64,000 bases of DNA from Chrysomallon squamiferum (GCA_012295275.1 CM022672.1:23870001-23934000); one strand, 5' to 3'. Positions 25,101-40,149 are shown, counted from the stretch's first letter. Notes: generated by a model not told the origin, from the sequence alone. Made by a program: numbers and translations.

Positions 25101-27440
25101 TATGTTTAGTGTTGTACTGAAAGTGCTTAATCCACATTTATGCTTGTTTTTCTAAACAAAACAGCATAACATGTTAGGTCTAATATATAGCATTATGTCA
25201 TTTCAGTATTCTAACCAGCTAAGTGAACTTTTCTTATAAAACAGGTGTAGAATAGATGAACATTACATGCTGAGCTAAGTAGACTGAGGTCAAGGACAAC
25301 TGTTAGAGGAGCTGATTAGTCTGCATAACACATGTCTGATTTGTTCAGATGAAGTTAAAAGTTTAAAATTTTGCATCATAATATGTGTCTTATAAATCAA
25401 ACTTAGATAACAGCAAAACCATTTTTCTATAAGAAACAGATTTTAGGCTCTCAGTTATTGAATTTCTCTATATATAGTTTGATACTCAGCTTTTTTTCTT
25501 TTTCTTTTTTCTTTTTTAATGGAATAAAATAGCTAATTATTTATTATAAAATGATGTGTGATTAATCTTTATTTCTCCCCATTTTTAAATTTTCATTGGA
25601 TTATCGTAGTGTTTCAGCTAATTAACTTTGACATTTTACACATTTACAGCATTCAGTAATTATATTTATTATGTAAATCTGATTAAACACCTTCTTAATA
25701 TTTAAAATGATTTGTTATTGTTAGCTTTTACATACAAAGTTTATTTAAATATTGAATTCCACTAATTTTTCTTTCATTTATTTCAAAAATGTTTCATCAA
25801 TTTACGTCATTAAATGTGGATGTACAAATGTTTACATAGTTTTCTTGTACTTAAAATGTTTTATTTACAGTGGCTTAAAAAACACTTATGGTTATTTGAT
25901 TTAGAAAGTACTAAAAGCAGATTCAAACTTTAAGAGTTACCCATTAGAAATCTCAGTTTATCACTTTGTTGAAGTTTTTTTTTTTTATGGTTTCTTGCAC
26001 AGAAGAATAAAGATAAAACAGAAGTATGAGGTGCAAAACATCAAAACATTTTTGCTTTGTTTCTTTTTTTTTTTTCAACAGAGAGAATCCATGTACAAGG
26101 ATGTAGCAGAATACAAAACACGTTTATAATTTCTCAATGATACATTTTGAATATACAACCCATCATAGAATGTTTCCAAACTAATAATTATTCCATTTGA
26201 ATGGATTCTTTTCTTCTTTTTTTAAAGGTTTTTTAAAACAACTTATTATTTCACAGTTTATCACTAAGCAATATTAACTATCAAATTTAGAAACTATTTT
26301 AAGGATAGTAAAAAGACTCAATGCTTCTAACTGGGTTTTTTAGGTGGGATTTTCCTTAATGTTACTCTGCTTGGCATTGATCTAATTCCAGGAATCCATA
26401 ACATTCCCAACTATGTATTATCAACATATTTATTATACACATCTTTTTCTTTTTATCTTTACTATTATTATTTTTTTTTTTTTTTTTTTAATATTTTTTA
26501 GAATTAAATCTAATTCCAACTTTCAAAACCTTTTCCCTAGTCAGCTATACTATAAAAGAAAAACAATGGACAAATATGATGCAATTTTTAATACATTATT
26601 TAAAAAAAAGATGTACACATATAAAAAAAAAAAGCTAGTAAAATATAGAGAAAAAAATAAAATTAAATTGATACAACATCAGAAAGGATGAGTTTTTGAT
26701 AAATTTTCAAAGCAAAAGAATAATAAAAAATATATAAAACATTACAAAAGCTCTGTTTTTCAACATGATTGATATAAAAGAACATAATTTATTATTCAAA
26801 AGGCACATCTGGGGCTTAATTTTATTTTATTTTTTTATCAAAAACTAGGATTAGATATTCTAAACTCTAAATAATTGTTTCATAAAAAATATACATAAAA
26901 CAGTTTCTCTAAATATTTAAAATAACCCCAAAAAGCAGTTAATTACAATATATAATGTTATGAATCTATTTTTACATACAAATTTTATTATGCAAAACAA
27001 TAAACAATCAAATAACAAATTGCTATAGAACTAAGGCACACTTATCCAAAAATAAATCAGATTATCTTAAATTGCTCTTCACAATATCTCTATTTTTTTT
27101 CATCTCTAACAAAATATATACAATTAGTCTTGGACTATAACAGTACTTGTATTAAAAGAATATGAGTAATTAACAAAAATATATATTCTTTAAAAATATG
27201 AACATAAATGTGTTTATAAACTCATGACCAGGTAACTCATAAAAACAATAACAAAAAGAAAACACTCTGATACACATAAATAATTTTAAAATAACTGTCA
27301 ATTAAGGCAACACATAATTCTATTGAATGACCAATCATTTAATATAAGGCCTCTGACACTACAACATACAGCTTATCCCTATGATCATTAATAAAAATGA
27401 AGAAAAACGTATTTGTAAATGATAAGAAATATGTAACGCA

Positions 27441-30394
27441 TTATCGCGGTACCATAAACGCTGCTCCTGACACTACTACTGATGCTGAAGGAGTGAAAGC
27501 ACAATACTGAACTGTCTCTGTTTCACACTGAAAAACAAACAATATTAATGGTGAACTGTCTGATGTTATGTCTCAACAAATTACAATTTATTACATTTGT
27601 GTAAAGCTCTGTAATTATAAATATCTGAAATTCATAACCTGTAAATAATTAATTGTTTTTATCATAGTTCTGTATTTCTAGATGAACTTCTATGTCATGT
27701 ATGTACCATTATTGTATACAGACAGTTCCCTACTTATAACATGAATACATTCTGGATGTTACTTGGAATTTACCATGTTTCTTTCTTTTGTTTATTTATG
27801 ATATATTACCCAATCTTTTCTGTTTTGCTTGTACTGTAGTACAGTGATGCCAGACAACATATACTATTAGGAAATGAACTAAACATTTTATTTATCTTTT
27901 CTCTAGTTTCATTAATGTTTTCTTTTTGTCTTGGTTTTAAACTGCAAAGGCTATAAGTAGGTAACTCATTTAATTGTTTTACTCTGGTTTTGAGATAAAG
28001 AACATTGAATTGATTTGTAAATGTTGTATGAAATTCTTAATTTTCATTCAGTTACTCCAGTTGACTGGCAAATTAATATTTAAATATTGCAGTTATGTTA
28101 CAAAAACAAAAGGTATAAAAATAATCATACTTCCAAAATTTTTAAACATTTTCCATCAACAACATCCCATATTCGGACTGTCTGGTCATCAGAAGCACTG
28201 GCCAAATAGGTGCCATCAGGTGAAAATGCAACTGCTTGGATCCAGCTTTGATGTCCATCACACATATGAACACACTGACCTGTCCATGGGTTCCACATCT
28301 GAACAGTTTTGTCCCAGGAACCAGATGCCTGAAATGAATAAATAAATAACAATAGCAACAAATAGACAACGAAACTAATGCAAAACTATTATCCTCCAAG
28401 ATCTCTACAATATTAGATCCAAACAACAAAGTTTACTAAACATTTACACACTCAACAATTTAAGAATTATGAACAGAGGTATTAGTAACTGATCAAAATA
28501 ATTTTCCATTTCATTTATACAACTTATTTTTGATTATGGAAAATTGAACTGATATCTCTAGTTCAAGAAAAGCAGTATCTACTATTCTTGCTGTCATTCA
28601 TTGCATAAATTCACCATGAAAATAGTAAGTGAAATTTTCATTTTAATATGAAACTGAAACATTATTCTGTAAATTAACAGAGTAATTTGGAAACTTATAA
28701 CAACCTATCCACACATAAAAAATAAAACATACATTCAAATCAAAAATATTTCATAAATTATTACCAGTATTCCATCCTTAGAGAAAGCAAGTGCATGCAC
28801 ATTTCCTTTGTGACCTTTTAAAACCTTGGTAGTGCTATGTTTAGAGCTATCCAGTGTCCACACACGTACTGTAAAGTCCCATGAACCTGTTGCCTGATAA
28901 TGGAAAAAATTATTTATAAAAATTCATTACTTGATTATGATGCGATCTTCAGTCAAGGGTAGCATTTTGGTATGGAGATATTTAGGAGATAATAATACCA
29001 TGTTTTGTTGTAAACAATAAGAAGCTGATGTAAAAAAAAAAAAAAAACAGGTTTTAAATCATTTATAGTCAATGAGAAATGAACCTGGATTGATCGAGAT
29101 TAAACCTGCTATAAAGCAATGACTGAAATGGATGTAGTTATTTAGAACTTCTAAAAACATTAAATTTACCAGTAGGTTTCAAACTTATTGTAATCTATGT
29201 GGAATACATGGTACTAATGCACCAATGAATTACACTATATAACAAGCTATGTTAATATATTTTCTTGGAACTAAAACAAGGAAAATTAGGCCTGTGTAGC
29301 TTGTGTGCATATGGTTAATATATTCTGTGATTTTATATTTTGTAAAAGTATACACATCCATGTCCACCATCAACCAAACATGAAAGATGAATATGAACAA
29401 AAGCAGTGTTGTTGTGCTTGCTTCAACAGATTAAATATTACAACTTTACCAGCAATCTTCCATCATGTGAGAAGGCTATGGACTGGATAACCATGGTGTG
29501 TCCTTTGAATATTCTCATTTGATTACCATTCTGAAAAACAAATAAAGACATTTCTTTTTAAAATTTTCTATAGATGAAATGAAAACATTATGCAGGTTTT
29601 TTTTTTTTTTAATTGAAGAGGAATATTTTTGCATACTGAAATTATAATTCAGTTTAATTTTGCACTTTAATTTCCAACATAGTTAACAATGCTAGTAGTA
29701 CAGCAATAAATAGAAATTTCTTCTGGCATTATTATTATATTATTATTTGAAATATTCCACAAAATGATATAATTTAATTTCTTCACTTATAAGGACATTG
29801 AACCCAATTTCTAGTGTTTGGGCAGGATTTCACACTGTGTTCTGGTTCTAGTTTTTTTTTTTTTTTTTTTTTTTTTCTTTTTGCCATCATTTATTATGTT
29901 ATTTTATTTATTTTATTTATTATTATTTTTAGTTTGTTTCGTATGACAGGCACAAAATTTTGTATCTGTGTTTAAGCAATAAATGTTTATATTTTAAAAA
30001 CTCTTTTTTTCAACTGGAGCTTTGTAAAGCAGTAGTGTGCATAGTAAGGCATACTTACATGTTCCAAAATATATTGTTCATCAAAACACAAATATATAGA
30101 AATGGGTAGTCCTGTACTAAGGTATTATATACATATTTCTACAAGTGAGAAAAATATCTTACTTTAACACTCCAGAGAATTGCTTTATGATCCCATGATC
30201 CAGAACACAGAGAAGAATTGTCAGGTGAAAATACCACAACCTCAACACTCTTTGTGTGACCTGTAGTGAGAAAACAGCAAATAATTTATCTTGTTCATTC
30301 AGTTTCCTTTTAAAAACACAAACATTTGTAAATGCATATGTTATTGTTTTAAATTATCTCAGAATATGTTTTAATGAATTGTAGAATATACTTC

Positions 30395-30434
<40 letters not shown>

Positions 30435-31974
30435 ACACATGCATTTGAGTATGCACTTAGGTCTGAATTACATAAAACAGTTTTGTAATTCAAACTTAAA
30501 ATATGTACTTCCAAAACATAAATTAGTTTGTTAGGATTCAAAAAATCAAGTAAAATAATAGGAAGATGACTAATTAGTATCATAAACTCAAAACGTTCTT
30601 GAAACTATGAAAATTCTTATGCATATATATATATATATATATATGAGGATGATTAGTGTACTATCCCAGAATAATTTCATAGTATTTTATTACTTACCTA
30701 GAAGTAAATGTTTCTGCTGTGCATTGCTAGTCTGCCAGATTCTAACAGATTTGTCATATGATCCACTGGCAAAATACTTGCTATCTGGAGAAACAGCCAC
30801 ACATTTCACTGAAGCTGTAACAAAATACAGGACTGTAATCAATCTATTAAAATATAGTTACAGATGTATTTGGTATGATGGTAGGACTTGCTATTAAGTA
30901 CAAAAATGTTATCCCCAAATATATTAGGAAATGAAGAAGTTAAAAGTAACTAATCTTAGAGAAATAATAATTTTCAAAAATTACTTTCACTGGACAGATA
31001 ACAATTTATTTGAAATTATTGTTCAGTGGTTGATTTTTATCTACTGTTCAGACTACAGCAATATTCAGGAAAACAATTTTGGTAACATATCACTTGTTTG
31101 GACTGTCAGAAGCTGACAAGAATTAATGCTGGTTCCTAATCATAAATAACTGAAGAGTCATAAAATTATTCTCTATTTTTCATCATTTATTCTTCACTAA
31201 CAGTCAACCCATGATAGACATACTAAAGCCTTCAATGACTGCATATTCCTAATGCTTATTAATTAAACTATCAATCAGTGTAGACTACAGCATGTAAATG
31301 AGGTAAAATATGAAATATACCTGAATGTCCTTTCAGACTGCAGATTAGTTCTGTTGTGTATGCATTAAATACTCGGACACTGTTATCATCAGATCCAGTG
31401 ACAGCAATTTGAAAATCCACTGAGAAGGCCACACAGTTAACCTATTACATAAAAAAATTTTAAATTTATTTTCAAAAGATTTACACACACACACAAAAAT
31501 AACATTTTATATTAATTTGCTTCATAGTTTCTAAAAAAATAAATAAACACACACAAACACAAGTATAAAATTTAAAATAGAATTGCATTAGAATCGCTAC
31601 ATAATTAGAACTGTATATTATTTTTCTTTCTTCATAAATACAGTGATTCTGAATTTGGTTCATGTAGTTTTTTGTTTACTTTATCTATTCAATTTATAAA
31701 TTATAGATATGATCAGTATGCATGCATGTCAGTGCTCAAACTATTCACTGATTATAATATCTTATCACACTGGAACTAAACATAATTTTTAAATATTATT
31801 AATTTTCTTACAAATAACTTTGATTTAAAGTTATATTATAATTATACTGACATACAAACACTAGAAGAAAAAAAAAATTCAGTAATGTAATAAAATGCAT
31901 ATACATACTTCATCATTATGTCCAGTAAATTTCTTCAAGTCTATAATGGTAAGATCTTCATAATCACAAAACAT
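27441..31974 (-). CDS. WDR38: WD repeat-containing protein 38-like, 8 coding exons, 298 aa, about 7 WD40 blades
   Basis: Exons (minus strand) 31974-31909, 31441-31321, 30814-30698, 30260-30163, 29530-29450, 28893-28765, 28328-28131, 27527-27441; GT-AG, 897 nt. Translation includes [66 protein letters not shown] and [15 protein letters not shown]. These are collinear with human WDR38 as I recall it ([50 protein letters not shown]). WD40 identity is certain; orthology is from memory. Confidence 0.88.
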
Positions 31975-33249
31975 TTTAAGTATTCAGCATTCACATATAT
32001 TCATCTAAAACAAACAAAAACAATAAATAAATGGCAAGTAAGTTAATTTATAAAAAAAATATATAATAAAGTAACACTAAAGTAATAATAATAAAACTCT
32101 TAGATATATTACAGTTACAAAGCTAGATGACGATAACAATTTCAAATGAAATCCAATACTGCCAAAGTGAAAGATGGAGTATAATACTTTCATAAACAAA
32201 TCTTAACAATCACTTTATTTTATTATTTATTGTAAAATATTTGCTTTTGTAGAATTAAAATCAACTGTGATTGGAGTCTAAATATTATAAATCCAAAAAA
32301 AAAAAAAATGTTCTCACTACAGAAACATGTTTATAAAAAAGTTTCTGACCACAGAATAATTATGTTGAAAATATTCATACAGGGGTGAAAGGTATCTTTT
32401 TCACATTAATTACAAGTAAGAGATTATTTTACACAGCTGAGGATATATTCTTGTTGCTGTTGTTGTCGTTTATATTATTATTATAAGGAATTCACGTTGA
32501 TTTGAAAAATAATATAACAAATTTTAATGTTTGTTTCAGCGTTTTATAATTGGCTATACAATTTTGAGACCTGTATGGTTTTATTAACAGGTTCTGCTAA
32601 TCAGTCATGCTAGTCATAATCATAATGCAGCGTATACCCAAAACCAAAATAGTACAACATTTCAACACCATAAACCTGCAAGATCAATACTAAAATCAAC
32701 ATTTCTGTTTAAAACTATCTAAAAATAATAAAATTATCAGTATTACGTTTGAAGGTCATTTTCAAAATTATTTAACCTAACTTACAATTATATTAATATA
32801 TATTCCACTTCAGGACACCTGGATACTGAAAGTGAAAGTAAATTAATAATATAATGTTTCGAAATCTCTATTTGGCCGTTTTTTGATCAGTCCTAACAAC
32901 CATTAACAGTTCAGTTGTATGATCGTTCTAATATTTTTCGTTTCGATTTTAATCGTCATAATACTATTATGCAGTGAACAGTAACTGAACAAGACAATAT
33001 AATGGTTTATACAAATATTATTAATATAAATTATAATATAAATATTATTACATTGTTTGTTAATAAATATTAAATTGGTCTGTCATAGACAAAGGATGTT
33101 TTACCATTCTGCATGTAGTTCTGATGAGTACCATATGAGCCACATTATCAAATCAGTTTAAAGAGTTTAATAAATCACAATGTTACTAAAAGGAAACATT
33201 TTGTTTAATTTTGCGTTATTTCATTCCGATTTAATGACTCGTAGAATAT

Positions 33250-33299
33250 ACTTCCGGTTTTTCTTCTTTGTACCTTTCCTTTGCAGCTTCCATAGCAAC
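33250..33299 (-). promoter_or_regulatory. ETS site plus RFX X-box in the putative WDR38 promoter
   Basis: ACTTCCGGT at 33250-33258. GCTTCCATAGCAAC at 33286-33299 fits X-box consensus GYTNYY-AT-RRNRAC. The area is locally CpG-rich. Candidate 5'UTR exon donor (gtaagt, minus strand) at 32785. Confidence 0.6.
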
Positions 33300-33635
33300 G
33301 GCTCCGCTGCACTTTGTTTAAGACGAACATCAAAAGTAAAATAGAACTAAATAAGCTTAACTTTATAATTATTATTGTTATTATTATTATTTATTTATTT
33401 ATGTATTTTAATTACACAGTCTTTTACCACATTTTATGATTAGATTTCATTGGGTACGAATTTTATAATCATATTACCAAACGTAATTATATTCAAAGAA
33501 ACCATTTCCAGTACTTAGAATATGAATAGAGTATTATAATTATAATAAGGATACAATAACTTCATATTTTTATTCATATTAAATACAAAAACAGTCTACA
33601 GAATTCACTGAATGCAAACAAATAATTACAAGGCG

Positions 33636-33641
33636 TTATTA

Positions 33642-33707
<66 letters not shown>
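33636..33707. repeat. (ATT)n microsatellite
   Basis: Read directly in the sequence. Confidence 0.95.
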
Positions 33708-33708
<1 letters not shown>

Positions 33709-33835
33709 AAAAATATGCCGGCTATTTACTTAAAATTTACAGTGGTAATTAAAAGTGACCATTCGGGGGATGTCGGGAACTAGACAAAGAAGTGGGTGAA
33801 CAGTCTGCGTAAATCCTATTTGAAATCGGTGAAAA

Positions 33836-33869
<34 letters not shown>

Positions 33870-34024
33870 CAAAAAATATAAATAAAAAAGCAACAAAACA
33901 AACAAAAAACAAATTGAAAATGCACATTACCTACCTTGACAATATAAATCGATGTTGTAACCAGCTGCTCACTAGCCTCATATACAGCAGAGTATAACAA
34001 AGGTAAAATATATTACTTTCATAT

Positions 34025-34072
<48 letters not shown>

Positions 34073-37000
34073 ATTTACTTTTGTTGTTTAATATTATACC
34101 GTGTTAAGTAACAAACTGAAAGTGCAAACTATTATTAAAGATATAATTTAAAAAAATTAAAAATTTCATATACCTCTACTTTTGAAAAACATCTCGTGAA
34201 CACACACATTTATATATCTTCTCTCTTTTACTAAGGACCATTTTATAAGCTTTTTGTTTTGTTTTAATTTTTGGTCGTTGGTATGCGGTTATCTCCTAAT
34301 ATTAGTAAAAAGCAGAGGAAGAATACTACAGTAAGAAGTTCATAATAAAATACATGTATTGATATTATATGTAACAATGTACACAAACAGAAACATATAT
34401 AATAATACAGTTCAGTAATACTGCTAGAAGAAATCCGAAAATATAGCTTACGCCGTACGTTGATTTTTGTTCATTAGTTGTTTCTAGCGTAATTTTTTAT
34501 ATTTTATTTTTGATAGAAACAACCAGTGAAAGAAGTCAGAATTTTCTTATACACATATATGTTTTAATTTATTTTGTATTTTATTTATTTAATAACGGCA
34601 GCAATAATAATAATAATAATAATATTATTATAATTTTTTTTTTTTTTTTTGATTTTTGAAGTGCAGAAATTAACTAAGAAATATTTAATAACATGTCATG
34701 ATTAAGAGATAATTTTTTTTTTTGACATAGATTATTGTACATTCATCAAAAAGGCGAACAGGTAATATATGCGAACACCGGATCTATTCGGCAATTTTAT
34801 TCGGCTTCGTGGACTGAGACAGAACAGGACCGAATTACTGCTTTTTACTGTATTCATAGTAATCTTGGCGTTCATTTGATGATGTAGTCCAAATACGTTC
34901 AGGACGTCTGCTCATTTTTCTAATAAACATATAAACTCATTAAACCATACATTATGTTTTTTTTTTATTTGATTTTTCTATGCCGATAGTTGTATATTTT
35001 AAACGAAGATGATTTCCTAAAAATATTGCTACCTTCGGCGAATGTGGTCTCTGATCTACTTCAGGCAATCTCATTGGTTTTTGTGCTTTTTAAAAAAAAA
35101 ATATACAAGTACTGAATCATTCATACGACAAGCTTGAGACTGTATGTGATCCGAATTTTTGGGTGCAGCTAAATATAAAATCTTAAAACATAAAATAATC
35201 AATGACAAGTAAAGAAATTGTATATAACAAAAACAAACTACGCTTCTAAAGCAGGATCTATTTGATTTTTATCTAATTAAAATACTTGTACCATGTGTAA
35301 TATTCAGGATGATAATTAAACGAAGCAAAGAATATAATTTTAATTACAGGACATATTAATATATTCTTAATACAGTAAAAGTTCTTAAAATACCTGTATA
35401 GAAATACTAGTTACATGTTATATACAGAAAGGAAATTAATTGAAGAAATGTAAGCAATAATAATTTTATTTCTTACTGTTCTCAAATTTAAAAAAAAAAA
35501 AAAAAAAGTTAAAACTCACACCCTTGTTGTATACGTTCTAGGCATGAATATAGAAAACAAAATTAAACAGTAACAATAACAATAATAATAAATAATAAAT
35601 AATAAGTAAATATCTAAATAAATAAATAAAATAAAATAATACAGAAATAAAGAAATAAAGAAAAATACAATACAATACTAAAGAAGAAGAAGAGGGAGAA
35701 CAAATAATTATTAAAAAAAACTTATTAGTGACAAACAACTAATCCCTCTTCTGTTGAACTAAACATAGGCTGGCTATACGAGGATAAACACCGATCTCGA
35801 CATGTATCTGTTCTTCTGTCGTTTTTAGCATGCTTAGTGTGACTGTTTCCTATGTTCTGCTGCAGCAGCAAAACACGCAAGACAAATATTGATGTTATAA
35901 CTGAACATCTTTTTAACTTCAGCTTCACTTAAGAGAAAAGAAAAAACGATGGCAGTACAGGATTTTATCATTATCTTAATCATATGGATTATAACATCTT
36001 GGTGATAGGTAAGTAGAATTATTATTTTCTTTTTTTACTCAGTTTTACTCACTGTTCTGTATGTGATAATGACTGATATATACAAATCAGGTAATTAATT
36101 AAATATGTGTTTGTATGTACGCGCACAAATGTGTGTAGGAATATGTGTTTTTAAATATGTCTGTCCATGTGTACGTATGTATATAATTATGTTTATATGT
36201 ATGTAAGCATGTACATGCATTTTTGTGTGTGTGTGTATATAATTATGTATATGAGTATTCGTATGAATGTTTTTGTGCTTATTTGAGGGTTTGTGTTTAC
36301 GTCTATTTATAATCTCAGAAAAAAAGGATAAAAAGACCCATAGATTCTGTTGACACTGAAAATGTTTCTAAAATATCAACATCTGCTTTTATTTGTTTAT
36401 TTATTTATTTTTATCACTTATATATATTATTTTTTGTTTTTGTTTTTTGATCTAGTCAGTTTTGATAATTGGCATCACAAATTCTGAATTCCTAGTTATA
36501 CTACATTTTTTAAATTATTTATAGGTCACATATTAACAGACAATATCCCTGATAAATAAATTTTAAATGCTAACTTATTGTTTACATTAATTATGTATGC
36601 AGAATATGTTTAGACAATTTCTTCGAATCATCAGATACACTTTAAATGTTTGAACTAAACACAAACTCATGAGGATTTTGTTTTATTTGTTATTGTTTTA
36701 TATTTCGCAGATGAAGGCATATTCATTGCACAAATACGATTGGCTGGAAGGTCTACTGGCAGAGTTGAGATTTTGGTTAATGGAAAATGGAGAACAATAT
36801 GTGACATTAACTGGGAGAGAAGAGACGCCGAATGATAAGTTATAGGTAAGCACATAGACAGAGCTTTTCTTTCCTGCAGTATATTTGATTTGTTCTGGGT
36901 ACAAAATTCGTTAAAAAATAACTGAAACAAGATTTTTATAATGATTTATCCCTTATCAGTTCGACATTCATACTTTTATATACAAAATTAATATAGATGT

Positions 37001-37948
37001 AAGAGAAGAAGTATTATATTAATTATTAACAGGAATATAATTATATCCAAATATTCTAGGTTCAGGTCTTCCATAAATTATATATTATCACAGCCTTTTA
37101 TACACCAGTCTTGGGAAACAGAATGTACAGAATGCAACAGAAAATAAATCAAGAACAAGAGATATGATTCATGGGGACTTTTTATAACAAAAATATTAAA
37201 TTATATGATTCCTTTTTTTTTCTTCTTCTTCTTCTTCTTTTCTTTATTTCTTTCTACTGATGTCCAGTGCAGAGGCACGGAACATGATTTGAATGAATGC
37301 CAGTTCAGCACCGATACTAAGAATTGTACTCATTCAATGGATATCAGTGTCGTGTGTTATCCCCCTGAACCGGAGGATTTACAAATTGCCGCGAAAAAAA
37401 TAAAATAATCCAAGCGAACACAACCACAACCAACCGCACAGCCACCAACACCACCTACAAAGCAAACACCAAAACCACCTGAAACGCAACCACCACCATC
37501 ACCACTGACCATCCCAACAGCACCAAACGGCCAGCATATGTGGATAGGTAAGTGGGTTTTTTTTAGGTAATTTTCTGTTTATACGTCCACATTTTGTATG
37601 TCTGCACATATACGTATGCGTATTTGATAATGTTAAATGTAGCAGAAACAGACTGTTTTTTCTTTTCTTTTCTTTTTTAAATTTAAGAAAAGGAAAGGAT
37701 GAATTGGAAAAGGTTTATTCCTAAATTTATCAATTTGAATTCTGAACATAAATTTAGAAGAAAAAACAATAACAAAATAAAATAACAAATAAATCAATTA
37801 GCATCAAGATATATATTCAGATGCATATATATATATATATATATATATAGTGAAAAATGTGATATCTTTCTCTGTCAGTCTATTTATAAATGTATATTAT
37901 GTGAATGTGTTTGTGTTTATTACTGTAAATTTGTATATTTGTATATTT

Positions 37949-37995
<47 letters not shown>

Positions 37996-40106
37996 TATTA
38001 TTATTATAAAATATACTTAAAATATACGAAAATAAAAGGTGAAATAAATGAACAGAAATAATAGTAATAATAACAATAATAACAACAACAACAACAACTA
38101 ACTATCAACTAAAGAAAAAAGAAGAAGAAGTAAACGAAGGAAAAGAGTAATAACAAAACAGGAATAAACGAGAAATAAATGTACTGGAACGATTTTGAAC
38201 TTCGTAAACTGTGAGTGAGTATTAGGATCGTCTGTAAAGCAGTTGTACTGGTGAGTGGTCACAACGTGATAATATTTGTTCTACAAGCGATATGTTTTCA
38301 TCAATAGATTTGTAAAATATGTTTATAAGGAAGACACTCTCTAAATGGAAAGGTATACATAAAAATATATTATATACACATTTACAGAACAAGTACAGTT
38401 GGTCACTTGATATAAAATATATACATTATTAAAGATAGTAATATTACTCAAAGAAAATTCATTGAGTTGTTTCGCTCCTGTGTCTATACAAATAACACAT
38501 TTTTTTTGTACTTACTTTTTTATTTTATTATTATTTATTTATTTATTTGTTTGTTTATTTATTATGATGATAATGTTTGTCTGTGTCTGTGTCTGTTTAT
38601 GTAAGTATGTATTTCATGATATGTTTATGTTTTGTCCGCATTTAACAGTATGTAAAAACTAATTTCCAATAATTACTATTAATTTTCTTTTAAAAGTGTT
38701 CCAAATCGCCTTTATCAGTTCTGTTTTGATCTATTTTTATTGACTGTTTGTCTGTTTCAGGTCCTATCTCAGTAAAAAAAAAAAACTGAATGAATCGAAA
38801 ACTTGAAGTCTTACCTTTTCGTTTATTATTCGGGTTTTCTTCCTACAAACAAACTCGACTAAACAGAAGTTCTATCGATTCTCTTCATTTATGTTTCCAG
38901 TATAAATATTTTTCCTTCCCGAATGCGATAGAAAATCTTGACGAAAAACTCAGATAAAGCTTCATGCCTTCTGCAGAACATGTTTTCAGTTGAAGCACGC
39001 ATCAAGTTATAGCCACCAACGCTGGTTCAAATTCGAGTCATAAAACGTCTAATCATATTGTTCTCGTCAACCAGACCATCCTGAATATGAAGGTTCAAGG
39101 TGGTGAGGAAAATGATCATTCTTTTCAAAATTACGATTTAAGCGATTACATCTGGGTTTAAATGATATCTGAGCCGGTTACGTATCCATTGCCTGGGTGT
39201 GTCACAATCTTGTTTAATAAATCATAAAAGTTATTTCAGGTACATTATTTCTCGTCAAAATGTTAGTTACAGATTGTGTGGAGGAGGCCTTGTGCTCTGT
39301 GAATGGAAAGGTTCTGAGCAGTTTATTTATTTATGATGCCCGAAAAAGCGAAAAAACCCACCCAAAACTACGGTCGCATGTATTCAGTTTTCAAACTGGT
39401 GCTGTGATCTAAAATTAACTTTCTCATTTATTACTGTTCAGTAATATTTACCTTTTGATTTTTCTGGGTTTGTGGCAATCCTCTGGGAATAATATTCGGA
39501 CTGATGATCCAATGTACAGATTTCCCTATTCAGTCTACCCTTTGGTTTGATAATTGCTTCATGAAGCCACTCCCACATTCAAACAGGCTCTCAAAACCAT
39601 CTTTTCCATAGTTACGTCTTAAATCTTATCAAAGATTTATTCAGCTTTTTCTTCATTTATATTCACATCACCATACATTAGATGAAACTTTAGTAAGTAC
39701 TGTTATAGTATAATTTATTATCTATTCAGTTTTTGTCCATGTGATCTTAATATACTTTCAGTGTAAACTCTTTAAGAATGCATATTGATTTCCAACACAC
39801 AGTATGACACATTATGAAATAAGCTTTGTCAGAGACAATCTCGCTTCGAACTTTCATAACTTTGGAACTATTTCACTGACAGCTTCGAATTTTTCTATCA
39901 CTGAAATCTACTTTTGTAGTTAGGAGCATTTTCTTAAAACAAAATCATCTTGGACTACCTACAACTAGCACTATATTATTAAAATATGTGTGTCTGTGTC
40001 TTTACGTGCGCGCGTCTGTGTGTACCTAACGATCAGTATTTGTGTACATTATGTATATCTATTTCTATAATAATAACAGCAACAACACTATAATAATAAT
40101 AATAAC

Positions 40107-40149
<43 letters not shown>

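Noticed and set aside
27441-31974. WD40 gene as WDR83/MORG1, the human neighbour of DHPS
   Set aside because: Motifs match WDR38 rather than WDR83, and it is not at the DHPS 3' end.
34760-35175. Possible hAT-type MITE (attcggc/ccgaat motifs)
   Set aside because: No clean TIR pair or target-site duplication could be defined.
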